IMG/VR virus record: IMGVR_UViG_3300035422_000155
Origin: an uncultured virus (IMG/VR IMGVR_UViG_3300035422_000155)
Taxonomy: Duplodnaviria > Heunggongvirae > Uroviricota > Caudoviricetes
Direction: 5' to 3' (one strand)
DNA length: 34,007 nt
The translations under genes were made by a program, and so were the position numbers. Positions 1-6,704 of the stretch are shown here, in pieces. The notes beneath the pieces are model-generated. The model was given only the letters and a program-made list of their open reading frames with translations. It made no database searches and had not been told where the DNA came from. Numbering within the stretch: position 1 is the first letter of the stretch; each line of letters opens with the position of its first letter.

Positions 1-2177
1 TGATAACTAAAATCATTAAACGAGACGGCACCGAGGTAGACTTCAATGCAGAGAAGATCTGGAACGCTATCAGCAAGGCAAATGCGGAAGTTGAAACGAA
101 AAACAAAATCAACGATCTTGGTATTGACATTGCCACCAAGATGGTTGTGGAGCAGCTTAACAAACTCAGTCGTGCAATCGAAGTTGAGGAAATTCAGGAG
201 ATTGTGGAAACCGAGCTGATGAAGATGAAGGCTTATGAGGTAGCCAAATGTTATATTCGGTATCGCTACGACCATAAGCTGAAGAGGGAATCCGACACCG
301 ACAAGAAGATTCTCAGTCTGGTTGAGTACAACAACGAAGCTGTCAAGCAGGAGAACAGCAACAAAGATCCGGAAATCATTCCCACTCAGAGGGATTATAT
401 TGCGGGGGAAATCTCCAAAGACATTACCATGCGGAAACTTCTGCCGGAAGCAGTTGTGAAGGCGCATAATGACGGTTTGATCCACTTCCACGATTCGGAC
501 TATTTCATCCAGCACTCCCACAACTGTTGTCTCGTGAATCTTGAGGACATGCTTCAGAACGGCACTGTGATATCCGGTACGTTGATCGAAAAGCCTCATA
601 CCTTCAGCACCGCCTGCAACATTGCGACACAGATTATCGCACAGGTAGCAAGTTCCCAGTACGGCGGACAGTCTATCAGTCTGGCACATCTGGCTCCGTT
701 TGTGGATGATACCCGGCAGCGTTTCCGTAAGAAGTATGAGGATTTGCGAGATTTCATGGATAAGACGGACTATGATATTTTCATTGAGCGGCTAGTGTCT
801 GAGGACATTACCAAGGGTGTACAGACGATTCAGTACCAGGTGGTGACTCTGATGACTACCAATGGTCAGGCGCCGTTTATCACGGTCTACATGGATATCA
901 ACGAGGCTAAGAACGACAGGGAACGGAAAGACCTTGCCGCAATCATTGAGGAAACTCTGAAGCAGCGTATTCAGGGTGTAAAGAATGAAGTGGGTGTTTG
1001 GATCACTCCGGCGTTTCCGAAACTCATCTATGCTCTGGACGAGGACAACGTCTATCCGGATTCGGAATATTTCTATCTCACGAAGATTGCTGCATTCTGT
1101 ACCGCCAAACGGATGGTGCCGGATTATATTTCCAATAAGATTGAGCGGGAGCTGAAGAATGGAGACACTTACACTTGTATGGGCTGTCGTTCTTTCCTGA
1201 CACCGGATCGGACGACTAAGAACTACTCGAAATGCAGGAACTGGACAGCCGGTCACAAATACTACGGACGGTTCAATCAGGGTGTGGTTACAATCAATCT
1301 CCCTGATGTGGCGCTGAGTTCCGGCGGTGACTTCGATAAGTTCGATGATATTCTCAAAGACCGTCTGGAAAATATCTGCTATCCGGCTTTAATGGCTCGG
1401 CATAACCGATTAAAAGGAACCAGCTCGAATGTTGCTCCGATTCTTTGGCAGTATGGCGCATTGGCACGGTTGGATAAGGACGAGCCGATTGATCAGCTTC
1501 TCTATCATGGATATTCTACGATCAGCCTTGGCTATGCGGGTTTGTATGAGTGCGTAAGATACATGACCGGCGAATCTCATACGGCAGGTGGTAAAGACTT
1601 TGCGCTGCATGTGATGCGGACGCTGAACGAGTTTACCGCTAAGTGGAAAGCAGAAACGGATATTGACTTCTCCCTGTATGGAACTCCACTGGAATCCACA
1701 ACGTACAAGTTTGCTAAGAGCTTGCAGAAGCGGTTTGATATTGTTCCTGGCGTGACAGACAAGAATTATATTACCAACAGCTATCACGTCCATGTGACGG
1801 AGCCGATAGACGCCTTCACAAAACTGGCTTTTGAATCTGAATTCCAGGAGCTTAGCCCTGGTGGAGCAATCAGCTATGTCGAGGTCCCGAACATGGATAA
1901 TAACATTCCGGCTGTTATCTCTGTCATTCGTTATATTTATGACAACATTATGTATGCAGAGTTGAATACTCGGAGTGATTACTGCCAGGTTTGTGGTTTT
2001 GATGGAGAAATCAAGACTGTCGAAGATAACGGTAAGCTGTTTTGGAAGTGTCCGAACTGCGGCAACCGTAATGAAAATAAAATGAACGTAGCTCGGCGAA
2101 CCTGCGGCTACATTGGCACAAATTTCTGGAATCAGGGACGGACACAGGAAATCTCTGAAAGGGTGTTGCATTTATAA
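1..2177 (+). CDS. nrdD: Anaerobic (class III) ribonucleoside-triphosphate reductase with N-terminal ATP cone; start codon probably clipped by the window edge
   Basis: The frame of the 141..2177 ORF is open back to nt 3 (ITKIIKRDGTEVDFNAEKIWNAISKA, ATP-cone-like), with 'tg' at 1-2 the likely rest of the start codon. Contains IHFHD, NCC, MGCRS, the C-terminal Zn site CQVC...CPNC and the glycyl-radical loop RRTCGYIG. Confidence 0.95.
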   Translation, partial: ITKIIKRDGTEVDFNAEKIWNAISKANAEVETKNKINDLGIDIATKMVVEQLNKLSRAIEVEEIQEIVETELMKMKAYEVAKCYIRYRYDHKLKRESDTDKKILSLVEYNNEAVKQENSNKDPEIIPTQRDYIAGEISKDITMRKLLPEAVVKAHNDGLIHFHDSDYFIQHSHNCCLVNLEDMLQNGTVISGTLIEKPHTFSTACNIATQIIAQVASSQYGGQSISLAHLAPFVDDTRQRFRKKYEDLRDFMDKTDYDIFIERLVSEDITKGVQTIQYQVVTLMTTNGQAPFITVYMDINEAKNDRERKDLAAIIEETLKQRIQGVKNEVGVWITPAFPKLIYALDEDNVYPDSEYFYLTKIAAFCTAKRMVPDYISNKIERELKNGDTYTCMGCRSFLTPDRTTKNYSKCRNWTAGHKYYGRFNQGVVTINLPDVALSSGGDFDKFDDILKDRLENICYPALMARHNRLKGTSSNVAPILWQYGALARLDKDEPIDQLLYHGYSTISLGYAGLYECVRYMTGESHTAGGKDFALHVMRTLNEFTAKWKAETDIDFSLYGTPLESTTYKFAKSLQKRFDIVPGVTDKNYITNSYHVHVTEPIDAFTKLAFESEFQELSPGGAISYVEVPNMDNNIPAVISVIRYIYDNIMYAELNTRSDYCQVCGFDGEIKTVEDNGKLFWKCPNCGNRNENKMNVARRTCGYIGTNFWNQGRTQEISERVLHL

Positions 2178-2197
2178 GGGAGGGAGACGTGATGTGA

Positions 2198-2368
2198 GTG
2201 AAAATATTGATATTTATTGTAGCCGTAGCACTTGCGACTTTGATTCTTGTTGTTAAGCTATACATACAGCGGCTATGTTTATGGATGATTCTTTTAGATG
2301 GGGAACAGGAAAAAGTAAGGAGGAATGATATTTATGGAAGTGAAATGTGGCGTTTATCGCCATTTTAA
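2198..2368 (+). CDS. Possible small membrane protein (56 aa)
   Basis: GTG at 2198 after GGGAGG; reads [29 protein letters not shown]..., one hydrophobic helix; overlaps the next gene by 35 nt. Confidence 0.3.
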   Translation: MKILIFIVAVALATLILVVKLYIQRLCLWMILLDGEQEKVRRNDIYGSEMWRLSPF

Positions 2369-2567
2369 GGGAAAAACATGTCGGGTAATTGGCACAGCAA
2401 AACATTCCGAAACGGGAGAAGAGCTTGTTATATACTCTTGTGAAAACGGTAAACTTTATGCACGACCTGTAGAAATGTTTCTTTCGGAAGTAGACCATGA
2501 TAAATATCCTGATGTAAAGCAAAAAATGCGTTTTGAATTTGTAAAGTAAGGAGGAATGATATTTATG
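2312..2567 (+). repeat. Exact 25-bp direct repeat AAAGTAAGGAGGAATGATATTTATG (2312-2336 and 2543-2567) flanking the DUF1653-like gene
   Basis: Read directly. Each copy contains the RBS and ATG of the following gene. Confidence 0.9.
2334..2549 (+). CDS. DUF1653-like small protein
   Basis: Motifs [34 protein letters not shown]...QK.RFE. ATG 2334 is well spaced from GGAGG; 2325 is an alternative start. Confidence 0.8.
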   Translation: MEVKCGVYRHFKGKTCRVIGTAKHSETGEELVIYSCENGKLYARPVEMFLSEVDHDKYPDVKQKMRFEFVK

Positions 2568-2906
2568 ACAATCAACGAGTATCAAAAGGAAGCTATGAGA
2601 AGTACCAACCCGGAATCACTGAATGATCAGGCGAAAGGGTTGAGCAATACTGCCCTTGGATTATGCGGAGAATCCGGCGAAGTGGCAGACATGATTAAAA
2701 AGCATCTGCATCAGGGTCATGACCTGGATAAAGAGCATATGGCGAAAGAGTTGGGTGATGTCGCCTGGTATCTGGCTCTCGGTGCTACCGTCATCGGATA
2801 TGACCTGGAGAATATTTTACAGATGAATATTGATAAGCTGCGTGCAAGGTATCCTGAAGGTTTTGACGCTCAGCGGAGTCAGCACCGGGAAAATAATGAT
2901 ATTTAG
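2565..2906 (+). CDS. MazG-like nucleotide pyrophosphohydrolase
   Basis: LGLCGESGEVADMIKK...KELGDVAWY (ExxE...ExxD metal site) and NIDKLRARYP. Confidence 0.88.
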   Translation: MTINEYQKEAMRSTNPESLNDQAKGLSNTALGLCGESGEVADMIKKHLHQGHDLDKEHMAKELGDVAWYLALGATVIGYDLENILQMNIDKLRARYPEGFDAQRSQHRENNDI

Positions 2907-2917
2907 GGAGGATAAGA

Positions 2918-3118
2918 ATGGCGAACGGAAATCCAAGAACAAATCACGAGGGTTATTCAGATCCGACAGCTTATGAAGCGATTAAGAACACAGAAGCAGA
3001 TGACGAACGATTCCACAAATTGCTGAACACCATCTTTACCATCTGTGAACTTTCCGGGTTTCATCTGGAGGAACGAATCATTCTCAAGGATACACAGACA
3101 GGGAAAGTTTGGAGGTGA
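2918..3118 (+). CDS. Hypothetical phage protein (66 aa)
   Basis: GGAGG RBS and tight operon packing; N.EGY.DPTAYEA motif; function unknown. Confidence 0.7.
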   Translation: MANGNPRTNHEGYSDPTAYEAIKNTEADDERFHKLLNTIFTICELSGFHLEERIILKDTQTGKVWR

Positions 3119-3123
3119 AATAA

Positions 3124-3405
3124 ATGTTCAAAAAGGTTTGTATATTGGCTTCGTTATCACAGCAGTCTGCTATTGAAGAAGCCGTAAAACACTACAAATC
3201 GGAAGGGTGTATTGTTGATTATCCAATAGAGCAGCATGATAAAACTCTGTTTGAGATAGATTACGATTATATTTGTCGAATTGCTTCGGCGGATATGGTT
3301 GTGGCTATTCCAAAATGTGATGGGACTTTTGGTGAGTCAGTTACTTATGAACTGGCTGTTGCAAAATATTTGGGTAAGCCCAGAGGAGTTTATCATCCGA
3401 CATAA
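3124..3405 (+). CDS. Nucleoside 2-deoxyribosyltransferase-like / DUF4406-like small Rossmannoid protein
   Basis: I..ADMVVAI....G..GESVTYELAVAKYLGKP resembles the NDT-superfamily 'D.v.......S.G...E...A...gKp' pattern. Confidence 0.55.
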   Translation: MFKKVCILASLSQQSAIEEAVKHYKSEGCIVDYPIEQHDKTLFEIDYDYICRIASADMVVAIPKCDGTFGESVTYELAVAKYLGKPRGVYHPT

Positions 3406-3416
3406 AGGAGGTAATT

Positions 3417-3647
3417 ATGGCAAAGTGCAAAAATTTGGAGGTGAGATTTGTGGACGGAGGAGTAAGAGAAACAATTTGCGCCAGTTGCATACATAGAGAT
3501 GTGTGTTTATACAAGCAGACATACCTTGAGTATCTAAGAGCGTGTGAAAAAATGCGTGCCGAGTACCCGGAAGATATTTCTTTTATCGAGAAGACTGATC
3601 CGAACTGTATTCACTATAAGAAGAAATCCGACGTAAATTTGCGGTGA
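3417..3647 (+). CDS. Hypothetical Cys-rich protein (possible Zn binder)
   Basis: AAGGAGG RBS; CASCIHRDVC...CIHY. Confidence 0.7.
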   Translation: MAKCKNLEVRFVDGGVRETICASCIHRDVCLYKQTYLEYLRACEKMRAEYPEDISFIEKTDPNCIHYKKKSDVNLR

Positions 3648-3714
3648 TGGGATGTCCGTAGCAGGCTGTAGCAGGTCTTTTCAGCCGGACAAACTCTAAT
3701 CTAGGTTAAAAAAT

Positions 3715-4020
3715 TCTGGTCAAATCCTGTTTTGAAAAGTGGGCTTTTGGCCAGAAAAAGTGGGCAGACGAGAAAATTCGGGAGATTTTGAAGATTTTTG
3801 GAGAACTTTTACGGACGATTTTCACAAATTTTGGCCATTTTTTGCCCACTTTGCCCACTTTTTTTGAAAAGTGACCAGGCACTTTGGTCAGCAAAAACCC
3901 AGTATTTATGCGGGTTTGAGGGCCGTTTGCCCATTTTCCCACTTTTTTCTTTAAACTATTATGATAAAAATTTTTAATAATATTATAAATAGGGCAGGAA
4001 AAAGTGGGCATTTGACCAAA
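3715..4020. repeat. Iteron-like repeat cluster with AT-rich tract; putative phage replication origin
   Basis: AAAAGTGGGC at 3735, 3756 and 4000. Inverted copies (T)GCCCACTTT at 3843 and 3852, with variants at 3928 and 3936. TGG(T/C)CA motifs; palindrome AAACCC-N11-GGGTTT at 3895-3917; AT-rich 3950-3990. Non-coding. Confidence 0.65.
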
Positions 4021-4040
4021 GAGCAGAAAAGGAGGTTCTT

Positions 4041-4241
4041 ATGAGAGAAAAAATCACGTGGCAGGATGTCTATAAGGATTTTAAAATTCGACTGCCAAAT
4101 TTGTCCAAAAGAGCAACGTACTGGAAGCCGAGAGGATATCTCTCCATTACTGTATACCTCGAAGATGGTTCACAGATGGCTTATGATTATCTATACAAGA
4201 AAGCGTCTTTCATTGTAATGCCACAGACTGCCTTAGCATAA
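4041..4241 (+). CDS. Hypothetical protein (66 aa)
   Basis: AAGGAGG RBS 5 nt upstream of ATG. Confidence 0.7.
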   Translation: MREKITWQDVYKDFKIRLPNLSKRATYWKPRGYLSITVYLEDGSQMAYDYLYKKASFIVMPQTALA

Positions 4242-4277
4242 AATTGATGGTTTGTCAATAGGATATTTAAAAAACTG

Positions 4278-4306
4278 TTTATTTTTTGTTTGGGCTGTGG
4301 TATACT
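4278..4306 (+). promoter_or_regulatory. Host sigma-A-type promoter with extended -10
   Basis: TG-G-TATACT at 4298-4306 and a weak -35 TTTATT 17 bp upstream; the structured element starts 5 nt downstream. Confidence 0.55.
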
Positions 4307-4311
4307 GTAAC

Positions 4312-4411
4312 TGCGACACAATTTCACATATCTCGTTTAAGGGAAATCACTTTTGGCAAAGAGTGTTTTCTCTCTTTACTTATGCCTTAGACGGGATGAG
4401 ATTGTGTCGCA
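4312..4411 (+). ncRNA. Candidate structured RNA (leader or small RNA), ~100 nt
   Basis: Outer stem TGCGACACAAT/ATTGTGTCGCA (11 bp) continues to ~27 bp with G-U pairs and a 4-nt bulge. Inner hairpin at 4343-4370. Lies between a promoter and a terminator. Confidence 0.55.
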
Positions 4412-4433
4412 ACAATGAGGGATTCACTTTTGC

Positions 4434-4468
4434 AGGTGCGTCTCTACGTTGGGGCGCACTTTTTATTT
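4434..4468 (+). terminator. Intrinsic terminator upstream of the 348-aa ORF
   Basis: Stem AGGTGCGTCTC / GGGGCGCACTT followed by a T-rich tail. Confidence 0.65.
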
Positions 4469-4499
4469 GCGCAGAAAATCGTATGGAGGTATTAGAAGG

Positions 4500-5546
4500 A
4501 TGGACAATGCTGAAATAATTCCGTTTGGCGGTTTTGATATCAAAATATCCGATGAAGAGATTGATTTTTCAAAAAGAACTGATTTGATAAAATTGGAATT
4601 GAGTTCCGGGCAGAAGATGCATACCAGTGCTTTATGGAATGCTGTTCCTTCTCTGGCTGTAGTCGGAACAAAAAATGCCTGTGTATTACATCTGCCGGAC
4701 GGTGTCACTACTTCTGACCTTATAAAATACGGAAATGGTGGTTTGGGAAATACATATTACGGAGCAGACGGAAAATTTGCCGGTCAGGCACCGTTAGAGT
4801 TTTTGGGGAAACAGCAGGTTATAATGGGAGCGTTTACAGCAATGTCAATAGCGTCCGGGCAATACTTCCTCTCCGAGATAAACAGTAATTTGACAGCTAT
4901 CAATCAAAAGATCGATAAGATTCTTGAATTTTTATACGGGGACAAGAAAGCAGAACTGATATCCGAAGTAAGCTTTGTAAATTTCGCATATCAAAATTAT
5001 GGTTCAATTATGGAGTGTGACCACCAAAGAATCGCAACAATAATCAGTCTTCAAGGAGCAAGAAAAGTAGCGATGAAAGACATTGAATTTTATATGTCTG
5101 ATTTGGATTCGCTTGTTAAAGCAAAAAACACACCAGATTTGGATTCAATTATTAGCAAAGCATTCCAGATTAGAGACTGTCTTCAACTGGCGATACAGCT
5201 CTACTGTATGAGCAACATCCTTGAGGTTTCCTATTCGCAAAATGGGAATACGGCGTACCATGAGTATGTGGAAAAAGATATTTTGTCATACATTGATAAA
5301 TATGAGAAACGTATGCTGTCGAACTTTTCTGCGATTCAGATGTACATTAAGACATATAAAGGAAACATTTTAAAAAAGATTGATAAGACTGTTTATGAAA
5401 AACAGGTGGAAGAATTTGTTGATTCATTAGGAAACGGAGAAGAATTTATCCAACGTAAACCGTTGCAGTTGTTTATGCAGTCCTTCCAAAAAGAATCGGA
5501 ATTTGTTTTGGACATGAACGGAAATGTCTATTTAAAAACTGCATAA
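4500..5546 (+). CDS. Accessory (moron-like) protein of unknown function, 348 aa
   Basis: GGAGG at 4485-4489 supports ATG 4500 rather than 4449. Visibly AT-rich. Hydrophobic segment followed by coiled coil (AFTAMSIASGQYFLSEINSNLTAINQKIDKILEFL). Confidence 0.8.
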   Translation: MDNAEIIPFGGFDIKISDEEIDFSKRTDLIKLELSSGQKMHTSALWNAVPSLAVVGTKNACVLHLPDGVTTSDLIKYGNGGLGNTYYGADGKFAGQAPLEFLGKQQVIMGAFTAMSIASGQYFLSEINSNLTAINQKIDKILEFLYGDKKAELISEVSFVNFAYQNYGSIMECDHQRIATIISLQGARKVAMKDIEFYMSDLDSLVKAKNTPDLDSIISKAFQIRDCLQLAIQLYCMSNILEVSYSQNGNTAYHEYVEKDILSYIDKYEKRMLSNFSAIQMYIKTYKGNILKKIDKTVYEKQVEEFVDSLGNGEEFIQRKPLQLFMQSFQKESEFVLDMNGNVYLKTA

Positions 5547-5574
5547 ATGTTTTTGTCGAAAGGAGATAAACAAC

Positions 5575-5706
5575 GTGAGTAGAAAAAATCGTAGTGGAAA
5601 GAAAAGAAGTACCGCAGGGCTAATCCTGGATGTGATATTGGTTTTTGCAACCGGCGGACTTTGGCTCATATGGATACTGGTAAGGTATCTTAGGAACAAC
5701 AGCTAA
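5575..5706 (+). CDS. Small membrane protein (43 aa), not in the ORF track
   Basis: AAGGAG RBS and GTG start: MSRKNRSGKKRSTAGLILDVILVFATGGLWLIWILVRYLRNNS (basic N-terminus, hydrophobic segment with TGGLW). Confidence 0.7.
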   Translation: MSRKNRSGKKRSTAGLILDVILVFATGGLWLIWILVRYLRNNS

Positions 5707-5733
5707 GCAGAAAAATTGAATAATGATATTTTT

Positions 5734-5764
5734 AAGAGTCGTGTAAAAGCGGCTCTTTTCTTTT
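5734..5764 (+). terminator. Intrinsic terminator closing the accessory cassette
   Basis: AAGAGTCGT-GTAAAA-GCGGCTCTT followed by TTCTTTT. Confidence 0.7.
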
Positions 5765-5881
5765 GCTATTTTTTAGTTCGCAAAAAAAACATGCCCTTTT
5801 ATGAGGAGAGAGGTTAAAATAGGCATTTTTAATGCTTGTTCTTTCTCTTTTGCATTTATCAAAATGAAAGGAGGTCCTGTT

Positions 5882-6172
5882 ATGTTGGAGAGCAAATTTC
5901 AAGCACAACTGATTCAGGAACTTAAAAAAATGTTTCCTGGGTGTATTGTGACTAAACTTGACCCGGACCATATTCAGGGCATACCAGATTTGCTCATCCT
6001 TTATAAAGACAAATGGGCTTCTTTGGAATGTAAGAAAAGTGCGAACTCTAAGAAACAGGCAAATCAACCATATTACGTTGAGAAGATGAACGAGATGTCT
6101 TTCTCAAGATTCATCTATCCTGAGAATAAGGAGGAAGTGCTACATGAACTTCAACAATCATTCAATGCTTGA
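5882..6172 (+). CDS. VRR-NUC-type PD-(D/E)XK nuclease (Holliday-junction resolvase-like)
   Basis: MLESKFQ...GIPDLLIL....WASLECK..Q; AAGGAGG RBS before ATG 5882. Confidence 0.8.
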   Translation: MLESKFQAQLIQELKKMFPGCIVTKLDPDHIQGIPDLLILYKDKWASLECKKSANSKKQANQPYYVEKMNEMSFSRFIYPENKEEVLHELQQSFNA

Positions 6173-6701
6173 AGGGCAACACGCTTTTCTTGGAGCAAGC
6201 AAATATCATTGGATTAACTACGATGAAAACAAAGTAGCCGAGTCGTATGTAAAATTCTTGGCAACTCAAAAAGGAACCGTACTTCATGAGTTTGCGGCCC
6301 AGTGTATCAGGCTCGGACAAAAACTTCCGAAGTCGCAGAAAACTTTGAATATGTATGTGAATGATGCTATCGGCTATAAGATGACGCCTGAGCAGATTTT
6401 GTATTATTCGGAGAACTGCTTTGGAACAGCAGACAGCATCGCATTCCGAAACGGATTGCTGAGAATCCATGATTTGAAAACCGGGACTATCAAAGCCCAC
6501 ATTGAGCAGCTTATGATCTACGCTGCTCTTTTTTGTTTGGAATATAAAATAAAGCCAGCTGACATTGACATTGAGTTGCGTCTGTATCAGAACAATGAAA
6601 TTGAAATCCACGAGCCGGGCACTGATGAGATTGTTCCTATTATGGACAAGATTGTCACATTTGACAAAGTTATCAAAAAAGTAAAAGAACAGGAGGGGTA
6701 A
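6144..6701 (+). CDS. PD-(D/E)XK Cas4/RecB-like nuclease (DUF2800-like)
   Basis: GT.LH, FGTAD, IHDLKTG and QLMIYA motifs. Confidence 0.75.
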   Translation: MNFNNHSMLEGQHAFLGASKYHWINYDENKVAESYVKFLATQKGTVLHEFAAQCIRLGQKLPKSQKTLNMYVNDAIGYKMTPEQILYYSENCFGTADSIAFRNGLLRIHDLKTGTIKAHIEQLMIYAALFCLEYKIKPADIDIELRLYQNNEIEIHEPGTDEIVPIMDKIVTFDKVIKKVKEQEG

Positions 6702-6704
6702 GCC

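Noticed and set aside
3706..4011. 101-aa minus-strand ORF, or a CRISPR-like array, in the repeat region
   Set aside because: The translation merely reflects the DNA repeats (KKVG). The repeats are ~10 bp, irregularly spaced and in both orientations, unlike CRISPR.
4252..4518. 88-aa ORF over the promoter and structured RNA
   Set aside because: TTG start with no RBS, and it overlaps a promoter, a long stem and a terminator; better explained as non-coding.
6144..6701. Cas4-like nuclease as sign of a CRISPR-Cas system
   Set aside because: No array or other cas genes are present; stand-alone PD-(D/E)XK nucleases are common in phages.
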